A stretch of DNA of 32,000 bases from Vulcanisaeta distributa DSM 14429 (GCF_000148385.1 NC_014537.1:1710001-1742000), one strand, 5' to 3'; positions 1-9,643 are shown, numbered from the stretch's first letter. The notes: generated by a model not told the origin, from the letters alone. A program made the numbers and translations.

Positions 1-2
1 TA

Positions 3-602
3 GATAAGCTTGAGTTTGAGCATGAGATATCGCCCACGGATCCTGAGAAGGAGTGGGAATTCTTTAGGACAATACAGCAGTTGGAGAAGGAGTTGAACGC
101 GGCCGAAGTACTTTCGAGAATTAAGGAATACATAAGTCGTGACTCTCAGGAAATTGAGAAAATGCGTAAGGAAAGGATGGAGTTAGGGCAGCAAATGAGG
201 GATCTTTATAATAATGTCCTTGCTAATATCAAGTCTCAAATACAGGAATTGAAGAAGAAGAGGGAATCCATTGTTAATGAAATCATTCAATTAAAGAGTA
301 AGAGGGACTCGCTTAAGGCTCGTCGGGATGAGTTAAAGAAGGCTATATTGAGTAAGTCGGCTGAGATTAAGGATTTAAGGACTCGCTTAAGGGAATTGAA
401 TGAGGAATTAAACAAGTACCAACTATTACTGGCGGCTGCACGCAAGTCGAAAAGCCTCGCCATAAAGAAGCAGGAGGAGGCAAGGATCAAGGAAGAGTTA
501 AGGAGAAGGGCTGAGGAAGGCCTTCAGAAGTTGATGAAGGGTGAAAGAGTATCACTGAATGATTTATTAGGTCTGGAGTATGATGAAGAAAATGAGAAGT
601 GA
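3..602 (+). CDS. Coiled-coil protein, probably 5'-partial (reading frame open to the window edge)
   Basis: Frame 3 is open from nt 3: DKLEFEHEISPTDPEKEWEFFRTIQQ precedes the TTG at 81 that the ORF track uses as start. The product is K/E/R/L-rich with heptad-like periodicity (IQELKKKRESIVNEIIQLKSKRDSLKARRDELKK), like archaeal COG1340-type coiled-coil proteins. The stop lies 4 nt before the next gene. Confidence 0.55.
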   Translation, partial: DKLEFEHEISPTDPEKEWEFFRTIQQLEKELNAAEVLSRIKEYISRDSQEIEKMRKERMELGQQMRDLYNNVLANIKSQIQELKKKRESIVNEIIQLKSKRDSLKARRDELKKAILSKSAEIKDLRTRLRELNEELNKYQLLLAAARKSKSLAIKKQEEARIKEELRRRAEEGLQKLMKGERVSLNDLLGLEYDEENEK

Positions 603-605
603 GCC

Positions 606-1712
606 ATGTCTAAGCTCGTAAGAAGACTAATAGTGCTCTATGTCGATAGGGATAATGACGTAGGCGAAAGGCTTGGTGTTCCTACACCAATAATTGGCAG
701 GAATAATGTGCTTAAGGTGGCTACGGAATACATACTTAGGTACCCAGATGACTCTGATGCAAACGCCATGTTCGGCGCAATACAGCTTTATGATACTTTG
801 ATCTCCACGTTTGGCTCTGAGAACGTCGAGATAGCCGTGATTACAGGGACAAGTTCGGAGGATGTTACTGCTGACATGAAGATACTTAGTGAGGTTGATA
901 AGGTACTTCAGGTATTTGATGCAGATGGATTCGTAGTGGTTTCTGATGGACCTTCTGATGAGGTTGTTGTCCCGCTTATTCAATCAAGGAGACCCGTGGT
1001 TTCCGTAAGAAGAATCGTAGTTAAGCAAACGAGGGGCTTTGAAGAATTTGCAGTGCTTGCCAGGTACTACATTGGTAAATTATTTAGTGAACCTAGATAT
1101 AGAAGGTACGCACTTGGTGTACCTGGAGCCTTATTACTCATTTATGGAGCATTTTATAGCGTGTGGCCGTATATACCAGCCATGATTAGGACTATGATTG
1201 TGGCAAGCATTACGATACTGCTGGGTGTTGTATTCATACTTTATGGCTTTAATCTTCATGAGAATATGCTTCGATTTCTTAGGATGTATGAGGCCACGTT
1301 CTTTATATCGGCTCTCTCGATATTTTTCGTAATAATATACTCACTATCTACCTACTATATGCTACATCAGACTATACCACTCTGGGGCGCGTTGAACGTG
1401 TTTGACTTAGTCGGACTTGTGGTCGGTGCAATACTCACGGTTAATGCAATTGAGGTTTACACAAAATTTAGGATTAGACCCTTTGGCAGGGTTGCCGCTG
1501 ATGTGCTTTTAACGGTATTTCTATTACTAGTGGCAAGTGACTTAGCCGGTTATATGTTTGGTAAGGTGAGTACGTATACCCTACTATTTAATTTAATGAT
1601 TTATACTGTGATAGGGTTAATAACGTTGATTGCGCTAGGAATTTTGAGAAATAGGTATGGTAAGATTAAGGGTGGAGGTAAGTCAGGATCTAAAGGCCTT
1701 GGCGTACGGTGA
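606..1712 (+). CDS. Integral membrane protein, DUF373-like
   Basis: An N-terminal soluble domain (LIVLYVDRDNDVGERLGVPTPIIGRNNV...ITGTSSEDV...VVVSDGPSDE) is followed by about 6 hydrophobic helices. This pattern is recalled from the archaeal DUF373/COG2237 family. Confidence 0.6.
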   Translation: MSKLVRRLIVLYVDRDNDVGERLGVPTPIIGRNNVLKVATEYILRYPDDSDANAMFGAIQLYDTLISTFGSENVEIAVITGTSSEDVTADMKILSEVDKVLQVFDADGFVVVSDGPSDEVVVPLIQSRRPVVSVRRIVVKQTRGFEEFAVLARYYIGKLFSEPRYRRYALGVPGALLLIYGAFYSVWPYIPAMIRTMIVASITILLGVVFILYGFNLHENMLRFLRMYEATFFISALSIFFVIIYSLSTYYMLHQTIPLWGALNVFDLVGLVVGAILTVNAIEVYTKFRIRPFGRVAADVLLTVFLLLVASDLAGYMFGKVSTYTLLFNLMIYTVIGLITLIALGILRNRYGKIKGGGKSGSKGLGVR

Positions 1713-2427
1713 ACTCGAGGCATTAAGCGAATTATCTGGCGGTTCCCTAGATCTTATTGAGGATTCCAGGGAATTAGTGGTTGATTATAGAGGCAACCTT
1801 GAGTCGCTGAGGAAGAGGATATGTAGAGCCGCGTTGATTAAACGTGCCTGGATTGATGATGGAGTCAATAAGGAGCTTTTTGTGGAACTTAATAGGTCAA
1901 GATATAGGGTTTTAAGGAGAGGCAGATGGAGTGATGCCGTTATTATCGATTTACGTATTGCGAGACTCCTCGTTAATTTAGCGAGAACTGAGGAGGGTGA
2001 GGTCTTCCTTGACCCATTCGTTGGCTCTGGAATAATTGCCCAGGAGGCTATGCTGATTGGTGCCCGTGTAATTGGGATGGATATTAACCCGAAATACCTG
2101 GGTTTATTAAACAATATGTACGTAGACGCCATAAATTCAGACTCCCTATTAAGTCCCATTAGAAACGAATCAATTCATTCAATTGCAACAGACCCACCAT
2201 ACAATAGGTTATCAATAAGTGACTTAGACCTTGATTCGCTGTACAGGGGCTTCGCTGAGGAGGCCTTTAGAGTTTTGAGGAGTGGCGGTTATGTGGCTTT
2301 TTCGCACCCCACGTATGTAAACTCCCTTGATTGGTTCTTGAATGCTGGCTTCGAATTAATAATTAATGGTCTACAATACGTTCACGGCGGATTAACCCGA
2401 TTAATCTATGTCTTTAAGAAGCCTTAG
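1657..2427 (+). CDS. SAM-dependent RNA (guanine-N2) methyltransferase, Trm11/Trm-G10-like
   Basis: SAM-binding motif LDPFVGSGIIAQEAMLIGARVIGMDINP and catalytic ATDPPYN (DPPY) motif. The N-terminus MVRLRVEVSQDLKALAYGELEAL resembles typical Trm11-family starts, which supports the 56-nt overlap with the upstream gene. Confidence 0.65.
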   Translation: MVRLRVEVSQDLKALAYGELEALSELSGGSLDLIEDSRELVVDYRGNLESLRKRICRAALIKRAWIDDGVNKELFVELNRSRYRVLRRGRWSDAVIIDLRIARLLVNLARTEEGEVFLDPFVGSGIIAQEAMLIGARVIGMDINPKYLGLLNNMYVDAINSDSLLSPIRNESIHSIATDPPYNRLSISDLDLDSLYRGFAEEAFRVLRSGGYVAFSHPTYVNSLDWFLNAGFELIINGLQYVHGGLTRLIYVFKKP

Positions 2428-3077
2428 TCAATACCAAGTAGCCTCCTAATATTTTTAGCAGCAGCCACAGGGTCTGTGGATTGAGTTATTGCCCTACCCA
2501 CAACCACCACGTCTATGTTCGTACCCCTGATCTTAGGCGCCACCTCCTCATTAATACCACCAGCTATAGCAACCGCTAAACCATAATTATTCTTAATATT
2601 CACGGCCTCGCTTATCAAGTCCTCAACTGTTAAACCCCTACTTCTTTGGACATCAATTCCGAGGTGCAAACCAACATAGTCAGGCCTTAGTCCCGCACTT
2701 AGCAATTCCTTAATCCTAGCCGCCGGATCTTTAACACTTATCATGTCAATTAATGGCTTACCACCAAGTCTTCTTGCCTCATTTATGAACTCACTAATTG
2801 TCTCATTAGCCGCAGCCCCAAGGACACTGATTATATTGGCACCTGCATTAATGGCTAACCTGGCCTCAAGGGCGCCAACATCCATGGTCTTAAGATCAGC
2901 CATTATCTCCACGTTTGGACAGGCAACCTTCAATGCACTAACTATGAATATACCAGCTGCCTTAATTAACGGAGTACCTGCCTCAACAATATCAACAGCC
3001 CCTGCACTGCATAGTCTGCGCGCTATGTCAACAGCCACGCTAGGCTCCGTTAAGTCTAACGCGACCTGTAGTTTCAA
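2424..3077 (-). CDS. hps: 3-hexulose-6-phosphate synthase (OMPDC-superfamily, ribulose monophosphate pathway)
   Basis: Hallmark N-terminus (M)KLQVALDL, then IVEAGTPLIK, ADLKTMDVG, GLHLGIDVQ, AIAGGI and VVVGRAITQSTDP. The start codon is TTG (3075-3077), preceded 7 nt upstream by GGTGA (3085-3089), which overlaps the stop codon of the upstream gene. Confidence 0.8.
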   Translation of the reverse strand: MKLQVALDLTEPSVAVDIARRLCSAGAVDIVEAGTPLIKAAGIFIVSALKVACPNVEIMADLKTMDVGALEARLAINAGANIISVLGAAANETISEFINEARRLGGKPLIDMISVKDPAARIKELLSAGLRPDYVGLHLGIDVQRSRGLTVEDLISEAVNIKNNYGLAVAIAGGINEEVAPKIRGTNIDVVVVGRAITQSTDPVAAAKNIRRLLGID

Positions 3078-3084
3078 TTTAGGC

Positions 3085-3531
3085 TCACCAACTCCTGAAT
3101 ATTATCTTAACTGGAATACCCATCTTTAACTCAACAAGTATTGGCACATCAGCCTTATCACCAAGCTTACTAATAATTACGTCAAGTACGTCCTTAACCC
3201 TCGTTAGTGCGGCTAACCTATCTGCCATGGCCTTCCTACTCTCATCGAGTGTCTCATATTCATCTATTGGCCTTGGATCAAAAATTATCTTAAGGCCCGT
3301 AAGTTCTATTGCCGTTGATAACGGTAATTGCTGACCCTTACCAACTATTTCCTCTATCATCTTCATTAGCGCCATGTACTTATCGGCCTTAACCTTCAAC
3401 TCACTCATCATCCCCTCAATATCCTTAATTCTCCTCTCAAGATCGCTTATTTGATTATTTACGTAATTAAGAAGCTCCTTAACTCCGTTAAAGGTCATTA
3501 GCTCGAGATCGGGCGCACTTGACATACTCAT
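3085..3531 (-). CDS. Hypothetical coiled-coil protein (149 aa from the internal ATG)
   Basis: The ORF track extends to 3600. However, ATG at 3531 (MSMSSAPDLE...) has a TATA-like TATTTTTTTAAA (3551-3562, minus strand) centred about 25 nt upstream, and the longer version would overlap the cca stop. The central region is heptad-like (ISDLERRIKDIEGMMSELKVKADKYMALMKMIEE). I recognise no family. Confidence 0.5.
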   Translation of the reverse strand: MSMSSAPDLELMTFNGVKELLNYVNNQISDLERRIKDIEGMMSELKVKADKYMALMKMIEEIVGKGQQLPLSTAIELTGLKIIFDPRPIDEYETLDESRKAMADRLAALTRVKDVLDVIISKLGDKADVPILVELKMGIPVKIIFRSW

Positions 3532-3587
3532 TGATTTATTAACGAGATACTTTAAAAAAATATCGCTTATGAAAAATTGAGAGTAGC

Positions 3588-4958
3588 CTAATCCAACCAC
3601 CAGGGTCGTGACCGAAGAAACTCCTCAATGACGACCCTCTCGGTTTGTTCAAAATTGTTCAAATCATTGATGGACTTTATCTTTATGTATTGAGCATCAT
3701 TAAGGGAACTCCTTAAATGCTTCAACGACATGGCAGATACTAAGTGCTTAATTGCATCGATAACATCAGAAAACCTCCTTTTCCTAACCACAAACCATCG
3801 TGAACCCCTTATAAATGGACCAATAACGCCTGGATCATTAACATACTTCCTAATGAACTCCTCAGCGGCGTTTGAATTAACGGGAGGACCTTCATGCAAT
3901 TCGTACGGAGGAAGCTCAAGTTCGCTTAAGGATATCATTAATAGGATCGTTGATTTATCATCACTCCAAGCCATTGATCGAATTACCTGGAACTCAAGCT
4001 TTCTAAGATTTTTATTTAATGATGACATTAATTTCTTAATCTCACCCCATACAATGTCTGGCGATGTATTCCCTGGGTAGGGCACCCTCATAATTACTGT
4101 TGGTAATACCCAGGCAGGTCTCGTTACCCTGTGGGCCTTCATGAAGAAGTCTATTCGTGGGTTCCTAAGGAATTCCCTTGACGCCGCTATAGCTGTAGCT
4201 AATACCTCCCTACTTATTGATGCCGCGGCGTTTCGGCTTGGATCAACAGGATCTATTATTATAACGGGTGATTTAAACCTCCTTATAGCGTCCTTTTCGT
4301 TATATGTACCCGTCATGTCTATGAACACGTGTTTTAACGACCAATTACTAATGGCTTTAATCGTGTTGAGGAAAGAACCATAGTATATTATTAATAACTC
4401 ACTCACATAACCGCTAAATCCCTGAACCTTAATCTCTGCACCATAAATTCCCACCGACTTAAAGAATGCCTTCAACAATCTAACATCGGTGGTCCTCTGA
4501 CCAAGCCTACTATTTATGAACTCAGTATGTAATGGCGTCCTATCAGCCGCGGTTAGCGGCTTCTCTCCGGGGTTTATACGAATGCATGGAACTACGTCGA
4601 TTTCGAAGTCATTCATTAACAGCTGAATGTATGGATGCTGGGCATACTTAATATTCCAATTAATGTTGTTTTCAATCGCTATATTAATTAAATCATTAGT
4701 TATACTACCATCCTTAATCCTGTTAATGTAATCCTTAGGCAGGATAATGAAAATATCAATGTCCCTATCACCAGGCAACCACGTATCCTTAGCCACAGAG
4801 CCCTGTATCGTTACATCAAAATCCCTATAACCACGCTTTGATAAGCCGTTTATTAATAACCTAACGACCTCATTTGCCGTATTAATAACCCTATCCCTTT
4901 CCTCAGGGCTTGGCGTAACAATCCTAACGGCTTCCGATAAAACCCCCTCAATATTCAC
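3588..4958 (-). CDS. cca: CCA-adding enzyme (archaeal class I tRNA nucleotidyltransferase)
   Basis: The N-terminal Pol-beta nucleotidyltransferase core GSVAKDTWLPGDRDIDIFIILP and overall similarity to archaeal CCA enzymes (RTPLHTEFI, AEIKVQGFSGYVSELLIIYYGSF). Length 456 aa. Confidence 0.9.
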   Translation of the reverse strand: MNIEGVLSEAVRIVTPSPEERDRVINTANEVVRLLINGLSKRGYRDFDVTIQGSVAKDTWLPGDRDIDIFIILPKDYINRIKDGSITNDLINIAIENNINWNIKYAQHPYIQLLMNDFEIDVVPCIRINPGEKPLTAADRTPLHTEFINSRLGQRTTDVRLLKAFFKSVGIYGAEIKVQGFSGYVSELLIIYYGSFLNTIKAISNWSLKHVFIDMTGTYNEKDAIRRFKSPVIIIDPVDPSRNAAASISREVLATAIAASREFLRNPRIDFFMKAHRVTRPAWVLPTVIMRVPYPGNTSPDIVWGEIKKLMSSLNKNLRKLEFQVIRSMAWSDDKSTILLMISLSELELPPYELHEGPPVNSNAAEEFIRKYVNDPGVIGPFIRGSRWFVVRKRRFSDVIDAIKHLVSAMSLKHLRSSLNDAQYIKIKSINDLNNFEQTERVVIEEFLRSRPWWLD

Positions 4959-5008
4959 AATGCATATTTAATGCTAATAAATTAATAAAACCACCCTCAC
5001 TTAATCAC

Positions 5009-6430
5009 TTATTGTTTGCTAACGATATTACTGAGTCTACCCTTAATCTTAATTAGTAAATCCTTAACCCTATTAAGGAAGTCCTCATCCACGATGAACC
5101 CATGTAATTCCTCAATCATCTCGTCAACACTCATATCAAGGGGGTTCAACCCAAGGCCGGCTAAGTAGGCAAGTACTTCAAGGGCCGTATCCTCGCTAAA
5201 CCCCTCCTCCTTAACCACGTCCATTATTATCTTACCGACCACGTAAAGCTTAAGTGTATTAATATCGGTATTAAGCACGTGAGCAAGGCTCTCATAGTCG
5301 CCCTTACGGAACTCCTCAATAAATGTCTCGAAACTACCATACCTATCCTTAATTACGTTATCGAAATACTTACTCACGGCCTTAACGTATTTTGAGTATA
5401 TCCTGATGGCATCATCAACTTCCTCAACACCGTCTATGGCACCCCTATAGGACATTACCGCACCCTCTGTGGTCAATTCATCGATTAAGCCCTCGCCTAT
5501 TAGCTCGAGAAATTTATCACCGGCCTCCTCATAAGTCCTCCAATCACCTTCCTCAATAGCCTTACATAGTAGGTAAAATGCCGAGCATAGATCGCCCTTT
5601 ATCTTCACAGCGTTCCAATAATCCCTACCTAAACCTTGTATATTACTTAAGGCGCTTCTGCAGGCATCGTAATACTGCATGGCCCTGGCTATATCACCAT
5701 GAGTGAAGTAGTAATTAGCGAGTACCTCTGAGGAGTCCATCATACTTAATACCTCATTAGCCCTTGCTTCCTCAATCCCTACGGCCTCCCTAAAGTTTAC
5801 AACCGATGATGCGTATAATTTAGATGCATCCTCAATGATACTCTTCTCAGCATCATGATTACCCTCCTCATGAAGCCTTGAAGCCCTAACCCTAAGGTCC
5901 TCCGCCCTCGCTATCTTCGACATAGCCTCCATGAAGCGCGCCTTACCTACATTACCGAGGCCCTCATAGATTGCGGCAGCCGCACTAAACCTGGTAATGG
6001 CATTATCATAAGCAGCTATTGAGTAAAGGGCTATACCAAGGGCCTCATTAACCCTAGCCCCTAACTCACCCTTTATGTTAATATCCACATTCTCATCAAC
6101 CGCAACAATGCCTGGTTCCAAATCCATATTAATTAATAATTGTACTAGGTCTGGAATATCGCCCAAGTCTATGAACCTAATGACTTTAACAACGCCATCC
6201 CTGATACTAGCCTCATCTAAGCCCCTAATTATCGAATAATCACTTATGGGCAATGTACACTTATTATCGCAACGTACCAAATCACGAAATGCACTATTAT
6301 TAGCTAAATCCTTAGGTACAGAGCCCTTTAATGCCTGTATAAGTACTGATGCTATTGAGTTCGTTATGCACTCACGATCCCAATGACAAGCATCAGGAAT
6401 ATTATTCACATTAACCCCTTTAAGTAGCAA
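5009..6430 (-). CDS. Hypothetical all-helical (TPR-like?) protein
   Basis: Long ORF with coding-like composition. The start codon is TTG (6428-6430), and the first in-frame ATG is only at residue 102. Repeated helical hairpin-like segments rich in A/L/E/Y (YDNAITRFSAAAAIYEGLGNVGKARFMEAMSKIA, YFTHGDIARAMQYYDACRSAL). I recognise no catalytic motif. Confidence 0.5.
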   Translation of the reverse strand: MLLKGVNVNNIPDACHWDRECITNSIASVLIQALKGSVPKDLANNSAFRDLVRCDNKCTLPISDYSIIRGLDEASIRDGVVKVIRFIDLGDIPDLVQLLINMDLEPGIVAVDENVDINIKGELGARVNEALGIALYSIAAYDNAITRFSAAAAIYEGLGNVGKARFMEAMSKIARAEDLRVRASRLHEEGNHDAEKSIIEDASKLYASSVVNFREAVGIEEARANEVLSMMDSSEVLANYYFTHGDIARAMQYYDACRSALSNIQGLGRDYWNAVKIKGDLCSAFYLLCKAIEEGDWRTYEEAGDKFLELIGEGLIDELTTEGAVMSYRGAIDGVEEVDDAIRIYSKYVKAVSKYFDNVIKDRYGSFETFIEEFRKGDYESLAHVLNTDINTLKLYVVGKIIMDVVKEEGFSEDTALEVLAYLAGLGLNPLDMSVDEMIEELHGFIVDEDFLNRVKDLLIKIKGRLSNIVSKQ

Positions 6431-6514
6431 GGGGCATACCTTTTAATCCTTATTAACTTCAAAACCTAAATGGCACAATAAAAAATTAAATATCCAGAAG
6501 GTGAAATATTGCAT

Positions 6515-7633
6515 ATGAAGAGCTATGATGCAATAATATTAGCTGGCGGATTAGCAACGAGACTTAGACCCCTTAGTTACTCACGTCCTAAACCCCTCCT
6601 GCCAGTGCTTGATAGGGAGATAATTGATTGGATCATGGAGTCCATAACGAGAATACCGCTAAACAGGGTCTTCATATCGATAAGGTACATGGGTGACCTA
6701 ATTAAGGAGCACATGGAGAAGGTATGGAGCGAATTTAAGGATAGGCTAATATTCGTAATGGAAAATAAACCACTTGGTGATGCTGGCCCAATATCACTAA
6801 TTAATGAAAAGTATGAACTCACGGATACGTTTCTCGTGGTCTACGGAGACATACTCAGCAATATAGATGCAAATGCTCTCGTAAACTTTCATGAAAAAAT
6901 GGGCGGCACAGCCACAATAACCCTCACCAGAGTAGACGATGTATCTAGGTATGGAGTTGCTCAACTAGATGAAACCAATAGGATAATAAACTTCATTGAA
7001 AAGCCCAAGCAATACGTTGGCTCCAACTTAATAAATGCTGGATTTTACGTATTTACGAAGGAAATTATTAAGTTAATACCGAAAAATCCAGAAAACCAGG
7101 TTAAGCTTGCCATTGACGTTATACCAAAGCTATTGAGGATGGGTGAGGTTTATGGATATATACACAATGGTCTATGGTTCGATATTGGGACACCCGAGGA
7201 CTACATGAGGGCTAACTTCAGCGTTTTAACGAACAGGTGCAGGGATGTTAATAATGGCTGTATAAATATTGACTTGCCATCAACAGTTACCATACAGCCT
7301 CCCGTTTATTTAGGGCCTAACGTTACTATTGGAAGCAGCACAGAGATTGGGCCGAACGTTATAATACACAGGAATACTAAGGTTGGGAATACGGTCAAGG
7401 TAGTGAATTCGCTCATTTTTGAGGGATCCTCATTATGTGATGGTGTTTACGTATCGGGAAGCATCATTGGGAGTAATACGTACATCGGCAAATGGGCTAG
7501 GGTTGAGGATGGGTCTGTAATTGGTGATGGCGTTTATATAAAGGATTCCGTGTTTATAGCTAAGAATACGAAGATTGGGCCCTATAGGGAGATAATGGAG
7601 CCAATATATAGGGAGGGCGAGATCATTTTATAA
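6515..7633 (+). CDS. Sugar-1-phosphate nucleotidyltransferase with C-terminal left-handed beta-helix (LbH) domain
   Basis: Canonical NTP-transferase motif AIILAGGLATRLRPLSYSRPKPLLPV. The C-terminus has hexapeptide repeats (IGPNVIIHRNTKVGNTVKVVNSLIFEGSSLCDGVYVSGSIIG). ATG 6515 is preferred over TTG 6509 because AAAAATTAAATAT (6481-6493) is centred about 28 nt upstream. Confidence 0.8.
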   Translation: MKSYDAIILAGGLATRLRPLSYSRPKPLLPVLDREIIDWIMESITRIPLNRVFISIRYMGDLIKEHMEKVWSEFKDRLIFVMENKPLGDAGPISLINEKYELTDTFLVVYGDILSNIDANALVNFHEKMGGTATITLTRVDDVSRYGVAQLDETNRIINFIEKPKQYVGSNLINAGFYVFTKEIIKLIPKNPENQVKLAIDVIPKLLRMGEVYGYIHNGLWFDIGTPEDYMRANFSVLTNRCRDVNNGCINIDLPSTVTIQPPVYLGPNVTIGSSTEIGPNVIIHRNTKVGNTVKVVNSLIFEGSSLCDGVYVSGSIIGSNTYIGKWARVEDGSVIGDGVYIKDSVFIAKNTKIGPYREIMEPIYREGEIIL

Positions 7634-7636
7634 ATT

Positions 7637-7648
7637 AAAATTTAAATA
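7637..7648 (+). promoter_or_regulatory. TATA-like box for rps13 (leaderless)
   Basis: AAAATTTAAATA is centred about 28 nt upstream of ATG 7671. Confidence 0.5.
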
Positions 7649-7670
7649 CCCATAGGTGCATTAGAGCCGA

Positions 7671-8153
7671 ATGTCCCAGGAGGTTAGACAGATAGTGAGG
7701 ATTGGTGACACTGACCTAGATGGATTTAAGCCCGTAGCATATGCCTTAACTAAAATTAGGGGTATTGGTATATCAACGGCATATGCAATATGTAGGTACT
7801 TGGGAATAAACCCATCAATCAGGCTGGGTCAACTTGATGATGAGACTGTTAGGAAGCTTGATTGGGCTGTTAGGAACCTACACCAGTTCGCACCTGGTTG
7901 GTTTGTGAATAGACCTAAGGACCCAGAGACAGGGCGAAATATTCACCTACTAGGTGCGGATTTAGTGTTAGCGGCTAAGAAGGATATTGACTTAATGAAG
8001 AAGTTAAGGAGTTGGAAGGGCATTAGGCATAACCTTGGGCTTAAGGTTAGGGGCCAGAGGACAAGGACAACAGGTAGATTAGGCTTAACAGTGGGCGTAA
8101 CGAAGGGTAAGGCGGCGCCGGGAGGTGGAGGAGGCGGAGGCAGTAGTAAATAA
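7671..8153 (+). CDS. rps13: 30S ribosomal protein uS13 (S13P) with Gly-rich C-terminal tail
   Basis: VRIGDTDLDGFKPVAYALTKIRGIGISTAYAIC and RGQRTRTTGR are typical uS13 segments. The tail is AAPGGGGGGGSSK. Confidence 0.9.
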   Translation: MSQEVRQIVRIGDTDLDGFKPVAYALTKIRGIGISTAYAICRYLGINPSIRLGQLDDETVRKLDWAVRNLHQFAPGWFVNRPKDPETGRNIHLLGADLVLAAKKDIDLMKKLRSWKGIRHNLGLKVRGQRTRTTGRLGLTVGVTKGKAAPGGGGGGGSSK

Positions 8154-8384
8154 AGGAAAAACCTAATCCAGTAGATTAATTTTCGTTTAATTATTATGAA
8201 CATAATATGATTAATATTTAACGTGGTAATTCAACGTAGGAGTATTCTTAAGTATTCAATTCTATTCTATATAATAATGTTCGTATAGATTCGTCATTAT
8301 TTCTTTGTATATGATACTTCTACTAGGTGTATTTTACACTTGAAGAGAAAGAAATTTAAAAGGATTAATGATAATGAATTATGA

Positions 8385-8885
8385 TTGAGAATGAGCATCG
8401 TGAAGCCATTGATTAGGCTTGGATTTAGGGAGTTAAAGGGTAATGATATGAGTATGGTCATTGATTTATATAATTCATTAAGTAATGAAAGTATTTATTA
8501 TAGGTTCAGGGGCTTCTTTAAGGACTTTGAGAGATACGTTAAATCCGTCTTTTCTGATCCACGTAATATCGTTTACGGCGCTTTTATAGGCAATGAATTA
8601 GTCGGTGTTTTAGAGGCTGTTTATCTAAGTGATGGCTGTTATGAGATGGCTATCGTTGTTAGGGATGATTATCAGGGGAAGGGTATTGGTACTAGGCTCG
8701 TTGCATACGCAATAAATGATTTAAAGAGAAGGGGTGCCAAGACCTTGGTAGCATATTCAACCCCCGATAACCACAGAATACTAGCTATATCTAGGAAGTT
8801 CCATGGAATCATAAAGTGTATGTACGATGAATGTACCACAATCTTTAACCTGCAGAGTATAAATGTTGATCAATTCTTAAATTAA
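8385..8885 (+). CDS. GNAT-family N-acetyltransferase
   Basis: GNAT motif A: MAIVVRDDYQGKGIGTRLVAYAINDLKRRGAKTL. An alternative ATG start exists at 8391. Confidence 0.75.
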   Translation: MRMSIVKPLIRLGFRELKGNDMSMVIDLYNSLSNESIYYRFRGFFKDFERYVKSVFSDPRNIVYGAFIGNELVGVLEAVYLSDGCYEMAIVVRDDYQGKGIGTRLVAYAINDLKRRGAKTLVAYSTPDNHRILAISRKFHGIIKCMYDECTTIFNLQSINVDQFLN

Positions 8886-8904
8886 TACCACTCTACTTAC
8901 TACT

Positions 8905-9591
8905 GTGGATAAGGTAATACTATTACTCACTGAAGCTTCACTCGAGACAATACCTAAGGAGTTACTAAGTGACCCAGTAATAATTAGGGATGCAAAGAGA
9001 AGAGGGGTGAACCCAAGGTACTTAATCCTCGATAGGGCTAGGCATCATAGAGCCATGACCAGATTACCTAATGCAGAAAAACGAGGAAGACCCGACATAC
9101 TTCACCAAGCACTCCTTCTAATTCAGGGCAGTTTACTTGCGCGAAATAATTTAGTCAAGACGTACGTACATACAGTGAATGATTTAGTAATTGATGTCGA
9201 TCCTGAGATACGCCCACCACGTAATTACGATAATTTCATTGGGTTAATGAGCCAATTGTTTGAGGTTGGTAGAGTGCCGCCTGTTGGTAAGCCATTAATG
9301 AGGTTTGTGAATGGAATTAACTACGTATTAAACACCGAATCACCTGACCGTAAAATACTTCTTGATGACGTAAAAGGAAAGGAAGTGTCTCTAAAATCAT
9401 TCATTGATTATGTCAAGAATTTTAAGAGACCTTTAATAATGATTGGCGCATTTCCCAGGGGCTCATTTGAAGAGCGTACTTATGGGCTTGCTGATGATGT
9501 TCTGAAGATCGGTAAATATATTATGGATACATCATCAATACTATGCAGATTGCTAACCGCACTTGAGATTGAACTAGGACTTATCTCCTAG
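8905..9591 (+). CDS. nep1: rRNA small-subunit pseudouridine methyltransferase Nep1/Emg1
   Basis: SPOUT-class Nep1 hallmark GRPDILHQALLLIQGSLLA, plus LTEASLETIPKEL and the C-terminal GAFPRGSF. GTG start 19 nt after the GNAT stop. Confidence 0.8.
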   Translation: MDKVILLLTEASLETIPKELLSDPVIIRDAKRRGVNPRYLILDRARHHRAMTRLPNAEKRGRPDILHQALLLIQGSLLARNNLVKTYVHTVNDLVIDVDPEIRPPRNYDNFIGLMSQLFEVGRVPPVGKPLMRFVNGINYVLNTESPDRKILLDDVKGKEVSLKSFIDYVKNFKRPLIMIGAFPRGSFEERTYGLADDVLKIGKYIMDTSSILCRLLTALEIELGLIS

Positions 9592-9643
9592 GCTAAATAT
9601 TTATTAATTTTAATTACTTTATCTAGGATTAAGTGCTTAGGTT

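Noticed and set aside
8154-8384. AT-rich 230-bp spacer as a replication origin or ncRNA gene
   Set aside because: There are no ORB-like inverted repeats, no cdc6/orc1 gene nearby, and no stable GC-rich stems or C/D boxes. Only short chance-level repeats are present. It is kept as a low-interest note only.
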